Shown piece after piece: positions 1 through 11,870 of a DNA stretch of 64,000 nucleotides. The stretch covers positions 392,150,001 through 392,214,000 of the forward strand of contig OZ024740.1 in NCBI GenBank assembly GCA_964016885.1, in the 5' to 3' direction. Position numbers and translations under genes: made by a program. The stretch's first letter is position 1; each line of letters begins with the position of its first letter. Source of the DNA: Eledone cirrhosa. Its lineage: Eukaryota. Below the pieces are notes generated by a model, which saw only the letters and a list, made by a program, of their open reading frames with translations, did no database searches and had not been told where the DNA came from.

Positions 1-937
1 ACCTATAATTGAAGGCATTGTAGTCATCATCATATGTCTTGTTTTCAGTCAGTGTAACTCAGCCTACATTATTCAAGGTGTCCTTTTCTTAAAATGGTTG
101 GGTGTATCCTTTTCTTAAGATGGTAGGTTGAATAGCTACATAGAATATCACTGGAAATGAAATGATTTTGTTCTAAATTGAAAATTTGGAGAATAGAATA
201 GATTTGCTACAAGTATATTCTTACATCATGGATCCCCTTTCTCCATAAACTGCTGCTACCAGTTGTGGTTGTTGTTGTTGTTGTTGCCACTGTCATCATT
301 GTGGCTCCTACATTGTTTTGAAATTTGAGAGTTTCAAATACAACACACATAGTAAACATAAAACATTGATTTATACTTTATGGGGGTGGGAGAAAAACAT
401 GCCAGTTTCCTTCTGTCTTCATGTGTTAAATTCATAGCATAAAGATGCTGGAACTTGATCTTGTAAAGTAATTAATTAGGTGTGTTTTCAGAGAGCCCAA
501 CTTCTTGTGTGCTAATTAGAATGGAAAAAGTTCCGTATTCCTTGTCTTTGCAAGAAACTAAACAATCACCAGTTTCACTGGAAAACCATAAAGCTAAGGC
601 GTTAGCTATTGAATGACTGTGTTAACAATTCATTGTGTTATTCTTGTTATATTATATCTTTATATCTTTACCATCATAATCTACCTACCACCTTTTTATT
701 TTTGTTTTAAGCTAGAATATTTCCTTGTATTCTGTGTTTATTTAACTTGTTCAGATCAGTACTTATGCCATCTTTGCCATTCTACACCCAACTTAATAAT
801 ATGTGGATATCTAATCTTAAGCATTCATAAAAACAACTTTTATAAATATGTCTGTTTGTGGATGAGTGAGTAAAAGCATTTGCATATGAATGCTTTAATA
901 GCTTTTATTAACTGCAATATGGAAAACGTCTCATTGG

Positions 938-1152
938 TTAACCCTTTAGCATTCACATTACTCTATATATGCTATTATATTTTCATGGTAAATGCTTTAT
1001 CTCACATAATATCGAATCTATGAGATTTTGAAAGTATTTATTTTGAGAATAATACCTTAACATCAGTTTGAGTGACCAGTTATAGCCAGTTTCAACAGAA
1101 AAAGGTAGAGAATTCTGGCCGGTTTTGGCCAGTTTGAACATTAAAGGGTTAA
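938..1152. mobile_element. piggyBac-type MITE (family 1), TTAA-flanked
   Basis: TTAA|CCCTTTAGCATTCA ... TGAACATTAAAGGG|TTAA termini, 207-bp non-coding body; related copies at 27298-27512 and about 58780-58993. Confidence 0.8.
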
Positions 1153-1328
1153 GAACATTTTATTTGAGAAAAACCTGATGTTTTTGTTTGTGCCTCTGTC
1201 TTAGTTATATTTCTGAGCTACAGAGGAATATAAACACTGATAAAGAAACATAAATTAAAAGAGCATAGAAATAATTACATCATAGATGCATGCATCCACA
1301 AACAAGTACATACATTCACATGTGCGCG

Positions 1329-1473
<145 letters not shown>

Positions 1474-2654
1474 ATAGACAGATAGTTCAATCCATTTAGA
1501 AATCGAAATATTCAAGCAAATATCTATGTTATTTCAGCCATTTTTTAGTTAATTTCATAACTTTTCAAAGCACTCAACAGATTAGCATCAACTCTATGTA
1601 AAAAAACTGATAGGTAAATTGTAATGTAGCAATATCAATTTTGGTTAATTTCAGAGCAACATTTCTATTTTGAGTGTAAATGTGGTGAAATTTAGCATGA
1701 CAATAAACATTTATTTGATTTCATATGCATGAAGTCATCTTGATTTCATGTTGAGTTAACATGATAGTTGTCAGTACTTAATGTTTACAAATAATTGAAG
1801 TTATTCTTACATTATCAATGAATACAAAACTATTGAAGTTCTGATTCTGGTGCATTTTTATCTTATTTTTAATTGTATAATGAACATTTGCTGTAAATAA
1901 GAGGTTTCATTATTGATAAAATATGTCAAAAGATAGTTTTGAATCAAGCTGTGAATGGATTCTTTTTTTATTTTTTTTATTTTTTCTTAATCTGTATGAT
2001 ACTAGTTGTCATAGAGTAATTCAAAGCATGTGAAAATCATTGTTAGCTAAGCTTGGATATTTTAAAAATAACAAAGGTAATGGATAAATCTCATAGTGAT
2101 AATTCAAATGATTACCATAGTGATACTTAGCCAGAGGAAAACAACTTGAAGTGGGTGGAATATAAGTAAATTATATGCACACAAAATGTAGTGTACATAA
2201 ATAATTTATTTTTGCTTTATTATATAATCCTTACATGTATAACATAGTCACACTACATCAGCAACAAGCATATTAAGGCCATTTTTCCTGCTAAAGCGGG
2301 GGTTAATCTTGTGGACCCATAACAAGCTTCTCCATTTTATCCTATCCTTTCCACCACCCACTAACACTCTGGCTTTCATTTCTTCTTCATCTGAACAATG
2401 GATAAAAAATATTGACCTTTATCGTTGTTGCATTGTCCTTTATCCATTGTATTTTTATCATAAACGATTCTCTTATCTTAGTGACTATTGATGCACTGGG
2501 GAAAGTAGTACTGTCTTTTAGCACCCAAACTACAAAGACACCCAATAGACAGCTGGTGAATGAGAAACTACCCTGTGTCCAATTTTTCCAACTTTTCTCT
2601 GTCCTTCATTTGATCTACTTGTTAATTTTGGATGCATGTGTATATGTATATATA

Positions 2655-3110
2655 TGTCATCATCATTTTATGTGCATCTTTTCATGCATGGGTTGGATGG
2701 GTCTGCTTTCTAGCACAGCCTCCCCCCACTTGTGCTCCTTCGTCATTTCCTTTGTGAGGTTTAGAGTTTTGAGACCTGCTATCACCACTTCTGCCCAGGT
2801 TTTGCTTGGTCTTCTTGTACTACAGCTTCCTTCCACTTAGAACTCCTAGCACTTCTTTATCATACATATCACATGGCTATACCACCACAGTCTTCTTTCT
2901 TGCACGCTACATTTGATTATTCTTATACTGAGTTTCTCTGTCAGCTCATCCATTGATTTTAAGATCTGTTTCCATAGTAGGAATTTCTTCTGTAGCTCTT
3001 CCACTAATTCAGTTATAAGATCCAGATTGCCATCATACTGAAGTTCCCATGAGGAAATGATTAAACAGAAGTGGGAAGAGGATTGGGCCATGATGAACAC
3101 CTACTGGTAC
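2655..3110 (-). pseudogene. Old degenerate RTE LINE fragment (3' end plus RT piece)
   Basis: Minus-strand translation WELQYDGNLDLITELVEELQKKF and CSVQERRLWWYSHV matches the RTE ORF in this window; decayed CATCAT tail near 2658. Confidence 0.7.
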
Positions 3111-3144
3111 ATTGTAGTGGAATAGCAACAGGAAATGTAGATTT

Positions 3145-3670
3145 TCTATGTAGCAGATGTACAGGAAAAATTAGTAGTAATAGCATAAGTGAAATAAACT
3201 TTTCCCAATCCCAGGAAGGATCTATAAAGGTGGTTGTTAGCCTCTAATAAGCAGAGCAGGAGGGTGCTCCAAGAGCTAGAATAAGAACTTCTATTGACAA
3301 CAAAAAGCTTCTCTCTATGAATAAAAGGCTGGCTATATGATGCATGTGTGCGATGTGTGATGTTACATGGTGGTGAGACATAGGCAGTGAATGCAGAGGA
3401 TATGCAAAGGCTGGAGAGAAATGAAGCAAGCTTGATACAATGAACGTGCAATGTTAATATGCATGAACAATGAAACATAAATGAACTGAGAGAAAAAACT
3501 GTGTGTAAGAGAAATTAAATGTAGTATGCAAGAGGGAATACCATTCTGGTATTGAGATGTGATGCATATGGATGATGACTGCTGATTGAAGAAATACTGA
3601 GAAATCCCAGCGTAAGAAAACTGCAGTAGAGGATGACCAAGGAAGACCAAGGTAGAGATTGATCTTCAGG
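3145..3670 (+). pseudogene. Old degenerate RTE LINE fragment (C-terminal region)
   Basis: Reads KGWLYDACVRCVMLHGGET*AVNAEDMQRLERNEAS, homologous to the RTE C-terminus; stops and indels. Confidence 0.75.
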
Positions 3671-3777
3671 AATTTATATATTGTTAATAGTTTTAAGAGT
3701 AATACAAAAGATAACTTCATACCATATCAATTAATATATTGCAAATTACAAGTACATTAAAAAAAAAGGTATATATA

Positions 3778-3940
3778 TAATATAGAAATTGCCTTTACAG
3801 GACTAGAACTATTTCATTCGAAGGAAATCCTTCAAATGAAACAGTTCTAATCCTGTAGAAGCCATTTCTATATTAAATATTTATACTCTACTATGCATAG
3901 TACCTTACTTATTGTGGTTACCCTCGATTAAACCTGGGAT
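3778..3940 (+). repeat. Fold-back insertion (48-bp arms) plus tail, between TA and CA repeats
   Basis: Arms 3778-3825 and 3828-3875 are reverse complements with 6 mismatches, followed by about 65 bp of unique tail. Confidence 0.75.
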
Positions 3941-4490
3941 ACACGCACACATATACATACACACACACAGAGGGGGGGGGTGATAAATAGATATATACAA
4001 GCTTATCATAGACATACACATATAGTCAGATAAATAAATGATCCAAGTAAATACTGAGCTATTTCTTTTGCATTTACCTACATTCTTGTTTTCCTCAGTG
4101 ATATATTGTTCATGTAGAAAGGTAGATTAAAGCAGCTTATAATTCCCTAATGCTTTAAGTAAATATTCAGTTGTTTTATGTTTTTAAGGTAGAATATATT
4201 TAAAGAGTTGCAGGTTGGCAAGTTAACATAATGAATTATCATTGGCTTCTGTTTTATGCTGCTGTAATTACTCAACTATGAAATTGAAGTCCCATTGCTC
4301 CATGTGTGCCAATTGTTTTTGTTAATTTTGTTTTCTCAGAGGTTGGCATCTCTTTTCTTTGCTTTTTTTCTTTTATTGGATTGTGAAAATTGATAACATA
4401 TATGTCTATACTTTTGTGATGGGTTATTGTTGGCAAGTTTACCAGACAGACTAGTCACCTTATCTTTTATTTGTCTATTTACGCTTTGAT

Positions 4491-4739
4491 TTAACCCTTT
4501 TGGTTCCAAACTGCCATTGGTTTTGATACAACACCCGTTTGTTATAAGGTGTTTATAGTTATCTAGGAAAACCATAATTTTTATGTAAGAACCTTTATCA
4601 TGTTTTGTCCCTAACACTGTCTTAATAATGAGAAAGTTAGTTATGTTAATAAATCCCTCTAAATTCTTGATAATTTTCAAAATGAATTGAAAATCATAGG
4701 CAGTGTCTTTCTTTAAAAATACTGTAATGAAAGGGTTAG
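4491..4739. mobile_element. piggyBac-type MITE (family 2)
   Basis: TTAA|CCCTTT ... AAAGGG|TTAG termini; body unrelated to family 1. Confidence 0.55.
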
Positions 4740-5178
4740 TAGCTCCAAAGCTTCTTTAATGTGTACATCTGCGTTTTTCATATTGTATGTCACAATGGCT
4801 GTGGGGTTAAGTTGCTTTTCACTACTTGGTCACATTTTTGTGAATTTAAACATTGATATGGTAGTCCTTAGAGACAGAATTGTTAAAGCATAGGAGTAAA
4901 AATAATTTGATATTTCATATAAACTATCAAATTGCTGGGTAATATGGAACTCTTTTTAGAAAATGTAGGAACCCCAAATGTAGAAAAGGTTGTAACAACA
5001 GTAAATAACAGCTTAGGAAATTGGGTAAAATACCTCTAGGGTAGTAAGGTCTCAAATATGTAATATAGTAAATTGAGAAATTTCAATCAACCAAGTTTAC
5101 TTATGCAATTAATTGACAAAATTCCTCCTAGGAGTGTTTAAAAGCTAAAGATAACTAGCAAAGAAGATAACTACAGTT

Positions 5179-5357
5179 ATTGTTTCTACTTTAGGCACAA
5201 GGCCAGCAATTACTTCAGTGCATTACTGGTGTTTTATTTTATTGACCCTGTAAGGATGAAAGGCAAAGCTAACCTTAGCGGGATTTGAACTCAGAACGTA
5301 AAGGGGCATAACTTTATGTTGCAAAACATGGTGTCTGTCGCTCTACCAATACTACAA
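5179..5357 (-). mobile_element. tRNA-derived SINE with Deu/Nin-like central domain
   Basis: Reverse complement of the copy at 5567-5756: B box GAGTTCAAATCC and CCTTTCATCCTTAC.GGGTC.ATAAAATAAA core. Confidence 0.85.
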
Positions 5358-5566
5358 TAATATCTGTTGATTTAAATTTTTAAACACTATAGAAAAAGAA
5401 AATTGGAGTGGATCTAATCTTCAAAAACCAACTGGTAAGAACAACAGATATTTTAGTCTTAGATTTTGTTAGTGAAGCATATTCTACTCAGTTAACAAGA
5501 ATAAGAGTGATCAATACATATATTTACAGAAATAGATGAAATGTAGTGACACTGGTTATTATTATC

Positions 5567-5756
5567 AAGGTGGTGAATTGGCAGTATCAGTAGAGGGTTG
5601 GACACCATGCTTTCCAGCATAGTTACGTCCCTTTATGTTCTGAGTTCAAATCCCGCCGAGGTTAACTTTACCTTTCATCCTTACGGGGTCGATAAAATAA
5701 AGTACCAGTAATGTACTGGGTAATTGCTGGCCTTGTGCCAAAAGTAGAAACAATGA
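5567..5756 (+). mobile_element. tRNA-derived SINE with Deu/Nin-like central domain
   Basis: B box GAGTTCAAATCC, core CCTTTCATCCTTACGGGGTCGATAAAATAAAGTACCAG, 3' end GGCCTTGTGCCAAAAGTAGAAACAAT; many copies in the window. Confidence 0.88.
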
Positions 5757-6959
5757 TTATCAACAGTATGGCTAATGAAAAATACCCCAGGAAGAGTTTT
5801 CCATGCTAAATACACATGTGGCAAAGTCTCACATACATAGTGAGTTGAAAAACATCAATCAACTGTGATTATCCAAACAATTAGAAGACAAAAACTCCCT
5901 CTAGGGGGTTTTAAAATAATTATTAAAAAAACAACAATTAGTGGTAATAACTTCAATAAGATCAGTTACTTACAACTGATATTTATTGTGGTCAGCCAAA
6001 AAAGGGAACTTTAATTATTAAAAGCAATTTCTTCAACAAAATACAAAAGAAAAGAGTAAAAATGGTATATCATTCTTTATTTGTTGTGGCTATGTCAGGT
6101 AAAAGGGCAGTATCCCTGACTTTCATAGACCAACCCACTCCTTGAGACTGGGGAGATTGATATGGTTGATCTTCAGTTTAAACATCTGTAATTCAATATT
6201 ACTGAAAAAAAAAAATAAAACAACAAATTTAGATGCAAAGTAATCAACATTCTGAGGAGGAAAGATTGGGGATAGGGGTTTGTGTAGGGTCTGCATGAGG
6301 GGTGGGAGGACAATGTATGTGGTGGAAAGATGGGTGTTACAGGTAGGCTAAGGTGGAGGGTGATTTACAACTAGCTAACTTTGAGGAGCAAAGGTCATTA
6401 TAATATCATATAAATAACAAAGTGAGAAGGCAGTACATGTATGGATGGACAAGAGGTTCAAGGACGCTCGTGAATAACTCTTTGCTCTTTTAAACAGAGA
6501 GTTTTCCTTTTGTCTTGGATTCTTGAGTGTGTAACAAGAGCAATGTTCCAGATAAAGGAGCAGCATTGTGTGTGGTATACTAGACAGTGTTAGGAGGACT
6601 CTTATGACCTGTTCATTATTTGATAACCTCTCTAGGGTTATGCCACATTAATGTGCACTTATTGAAAAGACATTTGCCCTGCCTCTATCAGTTAATCTGT
6701 GTTGTCTTTGACATATTGAAATTGTGAAAGTAGAGGATCGACCACAAGCTCACATATATATTCACTCTGCATCATACCCTGTATTGAGTACTTAAAGATT
6801 TGTGGTCTTCCTCGTCTCTGTCCATCAATAAATATATATATATATTTATAAGGTGTTTGCTCTAACATAGCTGTATACATATAAGTATGTGTATTTTGTA
6901 CATCTAGTGATATACGGTTATATTTGTAAACATACCATATATCGCAAGATATACAAAAT

Positions 6960-6960
<1 letters not shown>

Positions 6961-7038
<78 letters not shown>
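6961..7038. repeat. (CA)n(TA)n microsatellite
   Basis: Directly visible. Confidence 0.95.
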
Positions 7039-7043
<5 letters not shown>

Positions 7044-7482
7044 TTATTTTTTTTTTTTTTACGGGGTTATATTAATTTGAATGACTGAAGATCTTGAGTA
7101 ATATTTCATGAAATGGGTTGAGATTTTTTTGTAAGATATAAAAGAGAATACTTATGCTGGGAATATAATGAAAATTATTAAAAAAGAGCAAATGAAACAA
7201 ATAGTTGTAACAAACTGTTTTCTAAATAAAAGCTAATATATAGGATTTATCATCATCATCATATATACATATGTATGCATGTGTTTCAACACACATATAT
7301 ATATATATTAATAATGGACTAGCAGCAGAAGTGTTTGATAGTTATATCTGTATAAGTACAGAGTATTTAAACAAGACTACACCAACGTGTATAAATATAT
7401 ACACATATCTAATATGTAGTCATGTAAACATGCCAGAAAATATGAATTTCCCTGTATAGATGTGTGTATATACATATATATA

Positions 7483-9206
7483 TCATCATCATCATCGTCG
7501 TTTAACGTCTATCTTCCACGCTAGCATGGGTTTAGATGGGAATTGTCCCACTTGAGGCAAGATTGGTCGTCTCGCTTGTATAGGACTGTCTGGCAGGTTT
7601 TCTATGGCTGGATGCCCTTCCTAACACCAACCACGTTTACAGTGTGGACTGGGAGGTTTTTACCGTGTTACCTACACGGCCACATTACAGCGTGGACTGT
7701 GTGTTTTTTTGTCGTGACACCTACACGACCTCATTTGTTTAGGACTGGATGTTGTGGTACCAACATAACTTTACAGAGAAAGGGGTGGTCTTGATGGGGG
7801 TGTGGATGGGGTAGTTGGGGTAGTGGGAGGGGGGTGTATATTTGATTAAGAGGTGCCTACTGACTGTAGGTTTCGCTTTGTACTTAGGCAAGGCGGCTTT
7901 TCTGTATTACTGCGTAGCACCAAAGATCTTTGTCCAGTGACATTGTCTTGAAGAGGTGTAAGTGTGTAAGGTCGGAATTTATCAAGTCGTCCCAGGTTTT
8001 TCTGGGTCTGCCTACTCCGTAGCTACCAACTGTTTTGAACGCTCTGCACTTTTTTATGCAGCTGTCATCTTTCATGCGCATCACGTGACCATGCCAACGT
8101 AGTCTTCTCTCGAGTAAATAGCATCTAATCTCTCTTATTCCTAATTTCTCACTTAGTTCATCTATGCTTTGCTGTTCACGTATATTACTATTACACATCC
8201 AGCGGAGCATGCAAGCTTTGTTCCTCTCCAGTCTGCGTAGATCCTCTTCACACAATGCCCAGGTCTCACTGCCATGTAGCATTGCTGTTCGTATGCAGGC
8301 ATCATACAGCCTGCCTTTCATTTTTAGAGAGAAACCTTTAGAGGTCAATAGTGGTATAAGCTCTCCGAACTTTTTCCATCCTGTTCTGACTCTGGCTGCT
8401 GTACTTTCAGAGCACCCTCCACCACTGCTGATTTTGTCACCCAGGTAACGGAAGGTGTCCACTATTTCTATAGAACCATCTGGGCAATGGAAGGAGCTAT
8501 GATCCTATGGGCACTTGCTGCTACTTATTGCACCAGAGCACCGGCCACATATAAAATCTATATTCTTAGTTAGCTTACCTGTGATCCCACTACATCTTTT
8601 ATGCACCCATACTTTGCATTTGGGACATAAAAGGGAATATCTGCCTACTCTTTTCCTACACACTGAGCATGGCCATTTCCCAGACGGGACCTCTGCCCTA
8701 TTTTCCTTCCTACGTCCTAGAACTTTGGTCTTAGACAAGTTAACTTTAAGGCCTTTTGATTCTAGGCCGTGCTTCCATGTTTGGAATTTCTTCTCTAGCT
8801 CGGCCATTGATTCAGCTGTGAGCGTTAGATCATCTGCGTGTAGAAGTTTCCATGGGCAGCCAGTCTTGAACTGCTCTGTTATAGCCTGAAGGGCAATAAT
8901 AAATAGGAAGGGGCTAATGAACACCGACTGATGAACACAGACTTCACTATATTCGTTGTTAATTCTAACCTTGCTGACTGTTTCTTTATACATGGCTTGT
9001 ATAGCTCTCACAAGCCATTCATCAACACCTAGTTTTCTGAGAGCCCACCAAATAATGGGGCATGGGACTCTGTCAAATGCTTTTTACAAGGCAACAAAAG
9101 CTAAGTATAGGGGTTTACTTTTAGCTAGGTACTTCTCCTGTAGTTGTCGTACAAGGAAAAGAGCGTCTGTGGTACTATTACCTGACACAAACCCGAACTG
9201 CATTTC
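7483..9206 (-). mobile_element. 5'-truncated RTE LINE (subfamily A variant), disrupted
   Basis: ORFs 8505-9011 and 7884-8462 match RT, PHD finger and C-terminus; (CAT)n tail at 7483; both ends abut TA repeats; internal deletions and stops. Confidence 0.93.
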
Positions 9207-9208
9207 TT

Positions 9209-9260
<52 letters not shown>

Positions 9261-9263
<3 letters not shown>

Positions 9264-9354
9264 TCATCATCATCACTGTTTTACGTCCGAGTATCGAACT
9301 TACAACCTTTCGATTGCAAGGCCAATGCTCTAACCACTAAGCCATGTGCCTCCA
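9261..9354 (-). mobile_element. Minimal SINE: tRNA-like head joined directly to an RTE 3' tail
   Basis: Minus strand TGGCTTAGTGG (A box) ... GTTCGATAC (B box) then GGACGTAAAACAGTGATGATGATG, matching the subfamily B RTE terminus. Confidence 0.75.
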
Positions 9355-9375
9355 TATATATATATATACACATAA

Positions 9376-9406
<31 letters not shown>

Positions 9407-9422
9407 CATAACTCTCTCTCTC

Positions 9423-9453
<31 letters not shown>

Positions 9454-9565
9454 TTATGTAATAAACAATATAAGATAATTATTTCATTTACCAGTGGTTT
9501 CTTGAAAGCAAACTAAATTTGCTTACAGTCATCAGAATGAAAAAATCCTGGTGTATTTATTCTGG

Positions 9566-10225
<660 letters not shown>

Positions 10226-10719
10226 TCACCATCATCATCATCATCATCATCATCATCGTTTAACGTCCGTGTTCCATGCTTGCATGGGTTTGGACGGGAG
10301 TTTTCCCACTTGAGGCAAGAGTGGTTGTCTTGCTCGCATAGGACTGTCTGGCAGGTTTTCTACAGCTGGATGCCCTTCCTAACACCAACCACATTTACAG
10401 TGTGGGGCTGGGAGGTTTTTACCGTGTTGCCAACACGGCCACATTACAGCGTGGACTGTGTGTTTTTTTGTCGTGACACCTACACGATCTCATTTGTTTC
10501 GGCCTGTATGTTGTGGCACCAACATAACTTTACAGAGAAAGGGGCAGTGTGGATGGGGGGGGGGGGGGGAGGTCTTTTGTTAGAGATGCCTACTGACCGT
10601 AGTAGGTTTTACTTTGTATTTCAGGTAAAGCGGGTCTTCTCTATTACTGAGTACCGCCAAAGATCTCGGTCCAGTGACATTGTCTTGGAGAGGTGTAAGT
10701 GTGTCAGGTCGGAATTTAT
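10226..10719 (-). mobile_element. RTE LINE 3' fragment (subfamily A)
   Basis: (CAT)n tail, 3' UTR and last codons match 15280-15750 in reverse. Confidence 0.92.
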
Positions 10720-10774
10720 ATGTATATATATATATATATATGTATATATATGTATATATATATGTATCTATATG

Positions 10775-10805
<31 letters not shown>

Positions 10806-10806
10806 G

Positions 10807-10863
<57 letters not shown>

Positions 10864-10883
10864 GTATATATATATATGTATAT

Positions 10884-11148
10884 GTAGATAAATCTACCAA
10901 AAGTTTATGGTAGTGTCCAATCCGTATGAAGAACTCAATGTAATCCGGATATCATGAAAAGAAGAGATGCATTCAAAAATCACTTTCGGTGAAAGATAAA
11001 CGGAATACAGAGTCAAGATAAATTATTAAAAAATAATGAATAAACAAAGAAACAGTTCCTTATATTAAACAAAATACGATCGTAAAATAATGAACTTTTT
11101 TTGTTTAATATAAGGAACTGTTTCTTTGTTATTTTTTAAATAATTTAT
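10884..11148. repeat. Fold-back insertion in TA tract (32-bp perfect arms)
   Basis: 11043-11074 is the exact reverse complement of 11099-11130, extended by imperfect outer arms; unique tail 10884-11017. Confidence 0.75.
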
Positions 11149-11167
11149 ATATGTATATACATATATG

Positions 11168-11199
<32 letters not shown>

Positions 11200-11540
11200 T
11201 ATGTATATGTATGTATATGTATATATATATGTATATATATGTATATATATGTATATATATATATGTATATGTATATATATATGTATATATATATGTATAT
11301 GTATATATATATATGTATATGTATACATATATGTATATATATATGTATATATATATGTATATATATATGTATGTATATATGTATGTATATATATATGTAT
11401 ATATATATGTATGTATATATATATGTATGTATATATGTATGTATATATATATGTATGTATATATGTATGTATATATATATATATGTATGTATATATGTAT
11501 GTATATATATATATATGTATGTATATATATATGTATGTAT

Positions 11541-11865
11541 ACAGACAGTCCACGCTGTAATGTGGCCGTGTAGGCAACACGGTAAAAACCTCCCAGACCC
11601 ACACTGTAAATGTGGTTGGTGTTAGGAAGGGCATCCAGCTGTAGAAAACCCGCCAGACAGTCCTATGCGAGCAAGACAACCACTCTTGCCTCAAGTGGGA
11701 AAAGTGGTCGTGGAGGTGCCACGGCAAAAAAGCACCCAGCACTCACTGTAAATGAGGTTGGTGTTAGGAAGGGCATCCAGCTGTAGAAATCAAGCCAGAA
11801 TCAGTTCCCGTCCCACCCTTGCAAGCAGGGAAAAAGCAGACGTAAAATGAAATGATGATGATGAT
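11541..11865 (+). mobile_element. Chimeric RTE 3' UTR fragment (subfamily A then subfamily B)
   Basis: 11541-11703 matches the A-type UTR (15526-15683); from about 11704 it matches the B-type UTR (16462 onward); GAT tail. Confidence 0.8.
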
Positions 11866-11870
11866 ATGTA

